Below are positions 55,988-64,000 of a stretch of 64,000 nt of DNA, piece after piece (the stretch's first letter is position 1; each line of letters starts with the position of its first letter). Origin of the DNA: a virus; UHGV virus genome UHGV-0128973; one strand, written 5' to 3'. The notes under the pieces were generated by a model. It made no database searches. It saw only the letters and a list, made by a program, of their open reading frames with translations, and was not told where the DNA came from. Both the position numbers and the translations under genes were made by a program.

Positions 55988-58964
55988 TATTTAGCTCCTT
56001 TGCCACACCTAATAACAGTTCCAGCAATCCGTCACCATTCATCAGTGATGCGGCAGCGGCCTCTTTGTCATGATACAACTGAAGAGCCATAGAGAATACT
56101 TCCGTTGCTGACGTTTTGGAAATAGTCGGGGATTTCTGCCGAATTTTCCCGGTGTTACTTACTGAGGCTGGCGGGTATACCTTCGCCATATAAATATTAC
56201 TCAATCGAGATCTGAAGCACCATTCAGGCTTGCCACGCCCACCGATATTAACGAAAGATGGCTTATCCCCTTCAACATTGGCCTTCAGGAATGACCGGGC
56301 TTTCTCTAACAAACCAGGGTTACTGTACTCAAGATGATGACCCAGCTCGTGCCACAGTGCACTTGCATTTTCATCGTTCAAATTGACAGCAACAACACCA
56401 TTAAGATTTGCATATGCCCTTCCCTGGTGGTGAACCACCTTTGATAAGGTCGATATTTTCCCGCCGGTCAGGCGATAAATATCAGCAAGTTCCTTGCGCA
56501 GGTCTATCCCACCACTCTGTCCAGCGCGGGCTTCTTCCACTTCTTCCGTGATAAAAGAGTCGGCCCACTCAAGAGCTTTTTCTTCAGATACGGATGAGTT
56601 GGCTATCGCACTATTCATGGCAGATAACACTTTCTCGTGGACCGAACCCATACTTCGCTGATTCATTTGCCAGCGTGTCTGCGGGTTATATGAGAATCGC
56701 TTAAGTAGTTGGTCAAGATGCTCAAGTTCTTCTTCGCTGACATACTTTTTAGCCTCACCAATAATGCCGGGGAGAATATTGCCGTTAGGATTAAACGCTC
56801 GCGAAAGGAAGAGTTTCAGCGCCCCCATGCCCTCCGATGCTTCAATATCACCAATAACACGGTTAACAATGGCCGCACTCTTCGGATTAGCATCCGCCAA
56901 CGCTCTGGCTACGATTTGCAGGGACGATACGACCTCACGCTGCATATCAGTCCTGATCTCATCAATAAACTCTGGCGTTATGCCGTGCTCTTTAAGGATA
57001 TCCCTGCCTTCCGCCGTTACCCCATCGATATCACCGACATGTTTATTAACCTGACTTTGCAATGCCTTAAATGCCTTCAGAATTCCACGGGCATCATCAG
57101 CTTTACTAACGGCCTTCCTGAATGCTGGCAAGAAGTCAGAGTTAACCTCATTTTGTTGATCGGCCCACTGAATGGAGGCTTCTTTCATCTCGTCCAGAGT
57201 CAGATCACCCAACGCGGTATGGTCTGTGAATATGAGCGACAACCTCTGAACCATTTCTGCCAATGGTGATGCCGAATGCGCCGCGCTAAGGAATGCTTTC
57301 ACCCTGGTTGGGCGAATGGAAAACCAGTCAATAGCTGGTGGCATATCTCCGTTTTTTATCGCCTGCGCTATCTCGTCAAAGCCATCGCGCCCAAGGGAGG
57401 ATGCGTGATTTAACAAGCCGCGAAGTAACGAATTGCTGATACCGAATAATCGGCACCATTTTTTCACGTCGGCAACAGGCATTCGAACAAAATGCGCAAG
57501 CACTTGTACAAGCTGTTCATCCTGGGGATCTGTGCGGGAAAGCAGCCTGATCAGATGAATAATGTCTTTGATGCCGGATGCCCGATGTAATAGCAAGCTG
57601 GTATATGGAGCAACACCGTTGTAACTACCGTCGGAAGTTGACTCGAAAAGACCGCCGGATATCCCTTGCATACCTTCGTTTTCCAGTTCCTGAGACACCT
57701 GGCGAAGGATATCCTGTAACGACACATCGCCGCCGCCAAACATATCCCCGAGCGCCTGGCCCTGGTGCTGTAACTCATCATTGATACGTTGCGCCATCAA
57801 CTTAAAAGCGGTGGCCATACGCTTCGCACTACGGTTATTCGCGACGATGAACAACGCGAGTGCTTTCACTTCCGGGGCCGTTTCGCTGAACATATCCCCC
57901 TGAGCAATAACATCGGTAATATGCTGGCCTGACTCCTTCGATTGCCTTACCAGGTCTACCGCATCTTTCAATGCCGCCAGCGCCTTTTTATCGAGGCTAT
58001 CCGCTGTCTCAATGCCATCAACAATAGTTGTCACAGCCTGCTTGTGCGCTTCTCCTGATAAAGCCTGCATCTGGACAAAATCATTGGCTGCCGCATTAAG
58101 CGCCGTCAGAACATTACGCATATCCGGATCAGGTTCTTCTGCAACCATCCTTACCAGGCGCGCATCCTTATATGCCTTGGCAAAGATCGCGTTTTGTATA
58201 CGGTCTACAAGTTGCCGTGTTGGTCGCCCATCTTCCGTTACAAGGCCAGCAGCCTGTGTGGCACCAACTTGCGTCATGAATCCGCGAATAAACGCGTCAT
58301 TACTGCGGCTAAGCAGATCTCCACTTTCTGACGGGTTAAACAACGCCATCATCGCCGGTGTTATGCTGTCGGCATCAACAAAAGCCTTTTCACTGGCTGC
58401 CATTTCCTGGAGATCAGAAATATTTGAGTCCTTGGCAAACTGAACACGGTCAACCTTCGTTAACCGGCGGCGCACCAGTACCGGAGCCGTCATTGATTCA
58501 ACCTTTTCAGGCCGTATGCCGAATTCGGTCGCATGTTCAATCAGGTACTCCCGATACCGATCCGCATTACCGTCCTGATAGGCTTTAATGATCCCCATGG
58601 TCCGCCCATTACCTGACTCAACGGCATTGTCCTCACCAATTATTGGCGCGCCATGGCTGGATAAACCGGAATCGGTAAGCTGGGCAGGACGCAAATCCTT
58701 GGATATCTGGTTGACCTGAAGAAGGCTGGATGCGCGGGTCCGGTCGCGCGGCTGAAGTTCCTGGGGATAGTCCGGATTAATTTTCCCGTCCAGAGTATTG
58801 GATACCAAAAGAGCTGAGGCATCGACGATATCAAACGCTGTTTTTACCTCGTCTCCCTTCGCTGTCACCACATACGAAACCCGCCCGTAATCGGGCAGGT
58901 TTTTTAGCAGCTCGATCAGCGTTTCTATGCTGGTGGCCATCACCACCTGATCGCTTAAGCTCAT
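55977..58964 (-). CDS. ddrB: DdrB-like antirestriction-associated virion protein
   Basis: 995-aa ORF downstream of ddrA/darA in P1 order. Confidence 0.65.
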   Translation of the reverse strand: MSLSDQVVMATSIETLIELLKNLPDYGRVSYVVTAKGDEVKTAFDIVDASALLVSNTLDGKINPDYPQELQPRDRTRASSLLQVNQISKDLRPAQLTDSGLSSHGAPIIGEDNAVESGNGRTMGIIKAYQDGNADRYREYLIEHATEFGIRPEKVESMTAPVLVRRRLTKVDRVQFAKDSNISDLQEMAASEKAFVDADSITPAMMALFNPSESGDLLSRSNDAFIRGFMTQVGATQAAGLVTEDGRPTRQLVDRIQNAIFAKAYKDARLVRMVAEEPDPDMRNVLTALNAAANDFVQMQALSGEAHKQAVTTIVDGIETADSLDKKALAALKDAVDLVRQSKESGQHITDVIAQGDMFSETAPEVKALALFIVANNRSAKRMATAFKLMAQRINDELQHQGQALGDMFGGGDVSLQDILRQVSQELENEGMQGISGGLFESTSDGSYNGVAPYTSLLLHRASGIKDIIHLIRLLSRTDPQDEQLVQVLAHFVRMPVADVKKWCRLFGISNSLLRGLLNHASSLGRDGFDEIAQAIKNGDMPPAIDWFSIRPTRVKAFLSAAHSASPLAEMVQRLSLIFTDHTALGDLTLDEMKEASIQWADQQNEVNSDFLPAFRKAVSKADDARGILKAFKALQSQVNKHVGDIDGVTAEGRDILKEHGITPEFIDEIRTDMQREVVSSLQIVARALADANPKSAAIVNRVIGDIEASEGMGALKLFLSRAFNPNGNILPGIIGEAKKYVSEEELEHLDQLLKRFSYNPQTRWQMNQRSMGSVHEKVLSAMNSAIANSSVSEEKALEWADSFITEEVEEARAGQSGGIDLRKELADIYRLTGGKISTLSKVVHHQGRAYANLNGVVAVNLNDENASALWHELGHHLEYSNPGLLEKARSFLKANVEGDKPSFVNIGGRGKPEWCFRSRLSNIYMAKVYPPASVSNTGKIRQKSPTISKTSATEVFSMALQLYHDKEAAAASLMNGDGLLELLLGVAKELNNAD

Positions 58965-58976
58965 CCCTGTTACGCC

Positions 58977-59342
58977 TTATGCTGCCTCTTTAATGTTGGC
59001 GGCTATCCATGCCGCCGTGTGCTGTTTAACCTGGTCCAGGTCGATGTATGTGCCAACATATTGACTCAAATCCTGCAAGGTACCGATAAATGCATCGGTG
59101 CTCTGATCGACGAATTTATCAGCCAGGAAATCAGCAACCAGTTTTGGCACACCATCATGTACCGCAGGTTGTTTTTCCTCGCCACTACTGCCGCCGGACA
59201 CACCGTACCCCATCTGTTGCATGATCTGGTCAATTTCATCGCTGATATCCAGCAACTCCATGCCACTCGCGGTAGCCGCTTTGGACATCAGAGCATCCAA
59301 CTTATCGCTGAGATCCATTAACTCAATAGCTGATAGTGTCAT
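58977..59342 (-). CDS. ddrA: DdrA-like protein
   Basis: 121-aa ORF between darA and ddrB. Confidence 0.6.
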   Translation of the reverse strand: MTLSAIELMDLSDKLDALMSKAATASGMELLDISDEIDQIMQQMGYGVSGGSSGEEKQPAVHDGVPKLVADFLADKFVDQSTDAFIGTLQDLSQYVGTYIDLDQVKQHTAAWIAANIKEAA

Positions 59343-61258
59343 GCCGCTACCCCCGCTTTCTGGATTGCTACCAGCAGATCAGCCAGGTGGCGAGCAGCGC
59401 CATTAACCAGCTCTTCGTTTTCCTCAAAACGCCCGGCAGCCTGAAGGGCTGCAATCGCTTCCCGGACATTACCCCGGGCGTTACGGATCTCCGCCATGTC
59501 AGTGCTTTGCATATCCATCACGTTATTGAGATATTCAATGGCTTTATTAGCCTCTGCATCTGCTTCGCTAACCGTTTCATCAGGCTGTGCCGGGGCAGGT
59601 TCTGGCTGAGTAATCTCACCGACTTCGGCCTGCAATGCATTGATCATGCTCTGCACCATTTTCTCGGTGCCAGCGCCCCCCGGAAACGCAATATTGGGGA
59701 AAGTTTTTTGAAACTGAGTTTTCAGCATTACGCGGAACTCGTCTGGTGAGCTGGTGGCCAGATCCAGAGCTTTTTGTGCATATTTGCCAAACGGACCATT
59801 AGTAAGTGTCTTCGCCAGGAAGTCGAAAGAATCCTCGCGAGGCAATAACTTCAGGTCGTACTCACTCATTTGCTGATCAGAAAGCGGGGTATCGTAAGTA
59901 GCAATGCCGTAGCGTGCATATTCATAATACGGGTCACCTTCATCAGGGCGCGGCAGAATTGCTTTGTTACCTTCAGGTATTGCGCCAGGGGCCGCCGGAC
60001 GCATTTGCAAGGCATATCGATATGCACCTACAGAGACTTCTGGTTCAGGCGAAGAGCTACCGGTATCCTCCGCTGGTTCAGGTTCGACGTTTTCCGGTTT
60101 ATGTTCTTCTGGTTGGACCAGATATTCCGATACATTACCCGCTTTGTAGGCTTTAAACAGCTTGCCGATCGCATCTGCCATGTCCACACCCTGTATGGAT
60201 TTAGCCTTGATCATGTACACGCTGCCATCCGAATCGGTTAACTGGATATACCCTTCGCCGTCCTCAATGAATTGCTTCATTGATGCTCCATTACTGAGCG
60301 TCACTTCCCCGTCCATATGCATACGATTTTTGATACTGGCAAGGCGATCCGTCAGCGCGCGAGAGTGCCCACCAGTCATCCCCGCTGGAGCAATGGTATC
60401 GCGCCCACCAGTGCGATTGAGCTGATCAATCTCCGTCTGCAAACGCTCATTCTCTTCATAAAGAGAATCCGCTTCCGATGCAACAGCGTTAATTTTCTGC
60501 TCCAGATCTGCCTTCTGCCCTTCTACCGCTGCCACCTGATCCGCGAGGTCGCTCATGGCATCCTCTTTCTGGTCACTGTCAGCCTGTAGTTGGGTTATTT
60601 CATCAACAAGGGCTTTTTTCTTCTTCTGCGCACGCTGGAATTTTGCCGAGTTTTTCTCTGCAAGGTTGGCAAGTTTCATGGTGACCTGCGCCAGCGTCAT
60701 ATCACGTCCACTCATCGGAGCAACGGTGTGAGTAACGTCTTTTTTATTCAGTAAGAACTGGAAAGCAACCAGCGTATCGCTATTGGTGATCCGGTTTTCC
60801 GCTGTCGGGCTATGAAACAGAATGCTGATAGTCTGACCATCACTGAGCGGAATAATGGCTGGCAAGACCGGCAGCCCGTTAACGTTACGTGCCCGGCCAA
60901 TTTCAGCGCCGCCGATCGCGCGCGCGCCGCTCTGGGCCACATCCCCCGTTTTATCACTCCCCGCAGAGATTCCGGTACCATTCAGCTTCTGGTTCAATGC
61001 CCGGACAAATGCCTGCATGGTCCGGTGTAACTGCAAACGAGTAGAACTAATCGCCTCCAGTAAATCCGTAGCACACCAGTGGATCGGCGTGTCATAGAAG
61101 AACGTAGCCTCGATTTCCTCCAGGGTGTTGGATTCCGTCATCAGATAGCGGTCCTCACCGGCCATTAATGCGCGATATTCATCATCAGTCACTGGCGGGG
61201 GAAGCACGTCAAGCCCAGGCTTGATCGTCACCCCTTTATTGATATTGAACTGTTCCAT
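59339..61258 (-). CDS. darA: DarA antirestriction protein
   Basis: 639-aa ORF at P1 darA position and size. Confidence 0.7.
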   Translation of the reverse strand: MEQFNINKGVTIKPGLDVLPPPVTDDEYRALMAGEDRYLMTESNTLEEIEATFFYDTPIHWCATDLLEAISSTRLQLHRTMQAFVRALNQKLNGTGISAGSDKTGDVAQSGARAIGGAEIGRARNVNGLPVLPAIIPLSDGQTISILFHSPTAENRITNSDTLVAFQFLLNKKDVTHTVAPMSGRDMTLAQVTMKLANLAEKNSAKFQRAQKKKKALVDEITQLQADSDQKEDAMSDLADQVAAVEGQKADLEQKINAVASEADSLYEENERLQTEIDQLNRTGGRDTIAPAGMTGGHSRALTDRLASIKNRMHMDGEVTLSNGASMKQFIEDGEGYIQLTDSDGSVYMIKAKSIQGVDMADAIGKLFKAYKAGNVSEYLVQPEEHKPENVEPEPAEDTGSSSPEPEVSVGAYRYALQMRPAAPGAIPEGNKAILPRPDEGDPYYEYARYGIATYDTPLSDQQMSEYDLKLLPREDSFDFLAKTLTNGPFGKYAQKALDLATSSPDEFRVMLKTQFQKTFPNIAFPGGAGTEKMVQSMINALQAEVGEITQPEPAPAQPDETVSEADAEANKAIEYLNNVMDMQSTDMAEIRNARGNVREAIAALQAAGRFEENEELVNGAARHLADLLVAIQKAGVAA

Positions 61259-61259
61259 G

Positions 61260-61871
61260 TTAATTTCCTGCTTTCAGTTGCTTAAGACGGCGTTTGAGTT
61301 CGCCATTTCGGGCCTTTTCGTTATTGAGTCGGCCTGTCTCCTTATCCAGCTTCGCCCGCAAATCAGTGATCTGCTGTTGATTGAAAGACACCGAGTTCTG
61401 CGCTGATTTATAAGCGGCAACCACCTGAGCATTCCGCTGTTTTGCCTCTTGCAGGCGCTGAAAGTTGGATTTTACTGCCGGTTTCTTGTCTACCGGATTG
61501 GCAACACGTTTCGCTTTGGCGATCAGTGATTTCTGGAATTTTGCGGAGTTTTTGCGGGCCGCTTGCCCCATGACGGTACCAAGCGTCTTGATATCCGGCG
61601 ATTGAGCGTTAGGAATAGCTTTTCCATTCAGCCTCACAGACGATATATCGCCAGTATCGTTTACCTGTATGGCAAGAATTTGTCCGTCGTTAAGAACCAG
61701 CTTTGCGGTTTTAACTTTAACGCCATCTTTCGTTGTTGCGCGGTTGCTGGAGTCAACCTCAATTACCGTAACACCGGTTTTATTGATCGCCGCGATAAGG
61801 GATTTCAGCCCCTTTTCATTAACCTGGTCAAAATCGACCGTTGCATACTTATTTTTCGTCATCTGACACAT
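61260..61871 (-). CDS. hdf: Hdf-like protein
   Basis: 203-aa ORF immediately upstream of darA. Confidence 0.55.
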   Translation of the reverse strand: MCQMTKNKYATVDFDQVNEKGLKSLIAAINKTGVTVIEVDSSNRATTKDGVKVKTAKLVLNDGQILAIQVNDTGDISSVRLNGKAIPNAQSPDIKTLGTVMGQAARKNSAKFQKSLIAKAKRVANPVDKKPAVKSNFQRLQEAKQRNAQVVAAYKSAQNSVSFNQQQITDLRAKLDKETGRLNNEKARNGELKRRLKQLKAGN

Positions 61872-62292
61872 CCTGTGCGAGATTTATTACGTAACTTCTG
61901 CGGATTTGCTGAGTAACAGGGAAAATCCGATACAACGGGTTAATGAACGAGTCGCCATGCGTAACCATGACGTTGAAATGCCACAGTCGCTCTCCTTTAC
62001 CCATATATTCAGTGGGTATGTACAACCATTCACTGTTTTCGCCCTGTTCAGCCGACGTCAGACAACGTTGTTCACCTTCAATCACTGTCGTCGGCTTCTG
62101 AACATCGCGGATCCAATATCTGACCGTTGCGCCGCGCAAAAACGGGAATTTAGACCGGTACTTGAACGGCACCCGGATGAAACCCGGTTTAATTTCCACA
62201 TCACCAAGTTCTAAATGCGTGATGTCCTTGCGTTTTAGCAAATAGCGATCGGCTAAGGCTAACGCAAGAACGCATACACCCCAGCCAATCAT
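61849..62292 (-). CDS. lydB: LydB-like antiholin
   Basis: 147-aa ORF downstream of holin gene, overlapping stop/start. Confidence 0.6.
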   Translation of the reverse strand: MIGWGVCVLALALADRYLLKRKDITHLELGDVEIKPGFIRVPFKYRSKFPFLRGATVRYWIRDVQKPTTVIEGEQRCLTSAEQGENSEWLYIPTEYMGKGERLWHFNVMVTHGDSFINPLYRIFPVTQQIRRSYVINLAQDVSDDEK

Positions 62293-62618
62293 TTCCCGCC
62301 TCCCTTTTTCACCAAACTTGTAAGAACATTCAGAATGCTATCGATATTCACTCGTTTCATCCCTGAAATCACCTCATGACCGTTATTGCTGGCTATCGTT
62401 ACCATTAAGTACGTAATTGATAACTCCCAGCCCTCGTGTTGCCCCAATAGGTACGCCACCGCGCCAGCTGTCACTGCAACAAAGATCTCCGTAACCAATC
62501 CCAACAAATTGCCAGACTGGCGACCGTCTCGGACATCCATCAGGAACGTGCCTATCCCACCAATTACTGAAAGCAGGAGCGCAATAGCAACTGGAGCTAA
62601 TTCCTGTGTGTCAAGCAC
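62289..62618 (-). CDS. lydA: LydA-like holin
   Basis: 109 aa with three hydrophobic segments. Confidence 0.65.
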   Translation of the reverse strand: MLDTQELAPVAIALLLSVIGGIGTFLMDVRDGRQSGNLLGLVTEIFVAVTAGAVAYLLGQHEGWELSITYLMVTIASNNGHEVISGMKRVNIDSILNVLTSLVKKGGGK

Positions 62619-62685
62619 AAGTTCCCTCCTACGTTGTCAGGAGGTAATGGTATGCAAAGTAACTTCTCAACCGGTCATTTGTTGC

Positions 62686-62967
62686 TTAAGAGGCATTTCT
62701 ATTGAGGTACGAATCGATAATCCTTTGTAACTTTTCAAGAATGAGCCTGTTATTGATGCTGCAAATAATAGTCACGCAATTCTGAAGACTTTCATCCATA
62801 CCCTTATATTCCGCGAAATACATGCCTATAAAGCCTGCAAGTACGGCAGCAATACACTCGGCCATCAATTGCCTGCATGACGCTTCGTAACGTTTTTCAC
62901 GAACCCCATTCAGAAACGAATGCACCCCGCCAAGGATGGAGAGGAGCATTATTGTGAAATCACACAT
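62686..62967 (-). CDS. Small two-TM membrane protein (holin-like)
   Basis: 93 aa; hydrophobic helices LLSILGGVHSFL and IAAVLAGFIGMYF. Confidence 0.4.
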   Translation of the reverse strand: MCDFTIMLLSILGGVHSFLNGVREKRYEASCRQLMAECIAAVLAGFIGMYFAEYKGMDESLQNCVTIICSINNRLILEKLQRIIDSYLNRNAS

Positions 62968-63094
62968 AACTATTTCCTTAATAGTGAATTAAATATCATT
63001 GGGAAACGGTATGTACTTTGTGATTTCCACACATACTGGTTTTTGTTAATTAAAATCCGCAGCTTGCTATAAATAACGATAGTGAGCAGAAAAT

Positions 63095-63362
63095 ATGCTA
63101 ATAGGCTATGTACGCGTATCAACAAATGAACAAAACACTGCTTAGCAACGAAATGCCCTTGAAAGCGCAGGATGTGAGCTAATTTTTGAGGATAAGGCGA
63201 GCGGCAAAAAGCTGAACGACCAGAGTTAAAAAATGCTTTTGAGAGGTGACACTCTGGTCGAATGAAAGTTAGATTGGCTTGGATGCAGTATGCGCTCGCT
63301 CTTGAAGCATGAACAGTAATCATCTTATCTGGATGCACTGGAACCAGTCGTTACTTCCAGCG
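63095..63362 (+). pseudogene. cin: Degenerate serine invertase gene (cin/hin/gin family) with four in-frame stops, truncated after ~90 codons
   Basis: MLIGYVRVSTNEQNTA*QRNALESAGCELIFEDKASGKK...GDTLVE*KLDWLGCSM reads as invertase N-terminus interrupted by TAG/TAA/TGA/TAA. Confidence 0.75.
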
Positions 63363-63384
63363 CTCCAGATATTTTTTTAATGGG

Positions 63385-63795
63385 CTACGCCTCCGGGAAC
63401 GCTGGCCAATTGACATCTGGTGCAGTGCTGGTATCCGTTGCGGTCACCGCATCGATATAATCCAACACAGCGTTAAGACGGGTGGTTTCAGCCTGCGTAA
63501 GATTCCGTCCGGCCTGTAATTTCAGTTGAATAAGACTAATGGAAGCCATTGCGGTATCAATCAGCGACTGTTTTTTCTGTTCAGCGTCAGCTACCAGTTC
63601 ATCATGAGAACGTTCCGGAGTGGGTGGTGCAGTAAATCCCCCGTCTGAATACACCCAGCCGATTCCGGGCTGCTCACTGATATCAGAAATATTAATGAGC
63701 TGCTGATTATCCGGCACTGTGAATTCAGCCTCGCCATCCCAGACAATGACATTCACAACCATTCCATTTTCAATAACTGCATATGACGTATTCAT
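63385..63795 (-). CDS. Tail fibre assembly (chaperone) protein, U-like
   Basis: MNTSYAVIENGMVVNVIVWDG... typical Tfa N-terminus; start overlaps upstream stop. Confidence 0.7.
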   Translation of the reverse strand: MNTSYAVIENGMVVNVIVWDGEAEFTVPDNQQLINISDISEQPGIGWVYSDGGFTAPPTPERSHDELVADAEQKKQSLIDTAMASISLIQLKLQAGRNLTQAETTRLNAVLDYIDAVTATDTSTAPDVNWPAFPEA

Positions 63796-64000
63796 TATGC
63801 AAACTCCTCGATAATACAAATCCCTGAAGCGCCTTTCCCGCCCGTCATACTGGTTCCGCTATAACCGGCATCGTATGCGCCACCTCCGCCTGAACCATAT
63901 GCTTTACCGATAACACCACCGCCAGCGCCTGCACGTCCACCGCCGCCCCAGTACGATGTTCCGCCTTCACCGCTGACGCCGATATTTCCGGACTGACCGT
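63795..64000 (-). CDS. Tail fibre protein, C-terminal variable part (partial, continues past window end)
   Basis: Minus-strand frame ends ...GGGRAGAGGGVIGKAYGSGGGGAYDAGYSGTSMTGGKGASGICIIEEFA*; Gly-rich distal fibre region. Confidence 0.6.
   Translation of the reverse strand, partial: GQSGNIGVSGEGGTSYWGGGGRAGAGGGVIGKAYGSGGGGAYDAGYSGTSMTGGKGASGICIIEEFA

Overview
This 64-kb window reads as a nearly contiguous stretch of a P1-like temperate phage-plasmid; the most notable feature is an AT-rich SIR2-family gene (41499-42806) sitting where P1 carries its type III restriction-modification genes. All identifications are by eye from motifs and remembered P1 protein sequences, with no database search run, so gene symbols are P1-based recollections.

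Left to right the backbone runs:
- **Plasmid replicon:** repA (minus strand) with five 19-bp iterons and a GATC/DnaA-box origin core.
- **Early and accessory genes:** an RdgC homologue (hrdC), the bifunctional Dmt methyltransferase, a tRNA cluster (Asn, a Tyr-like tRNA, Thr, and an Ile-type CAU tRNA further on), and the DnaB-type helicase ban.
- **Structural and accessory block:** a minus-strand operon including a gpV-like baseplate spike, then plus-strand genes for a VRR-NUC nuclease, two DUF115/Maf-like paralogues, a Ser/Thr phosphatase, an ASCH-like protein, a PAPS-reductase-like protein and Ea22/DUF551-type proteins.
- **SOS and addiction genes:** hot, a LexA box, humD, and the phd-doc toxin-antitoxin pair.
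- **Packaging and immunity:** lpa, pacA (with the 4+3 TGATCA/G pac site), pacB, c1-coi, a perfect loxP, cra-cre, c8, ref and mat.
- **Right arm:** lxc-ulx-darB (2255 aa), portal and protease, the SAR endolysin lyz, ssb, the darA antirestriction operon (ddrB, ddrA, darA, hdf), lydA/lydB, and the start of the tail-fibre region.

About a dozen copies of the C1 operator motif ATTGCTCTAATAAATTT are scattered through the window.

Departures from what I recall of canonical P1:
- The SIR2-like gene replaces res-mod; this is the strongest candidate for a new single-gene NAD+-dependent defence module.
- No IS1 lies between ssb and ddrB.
- The cin invertase is a nonsense-riddled remnant next to a tail-fibre/assembly pair fixed in one orientation.
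- The tRNA cluster is embedded in imperfect hairpin repeats carrying tRNA-like fragments.
- An overlapping spanin-like gene pair sits beside the replicon.
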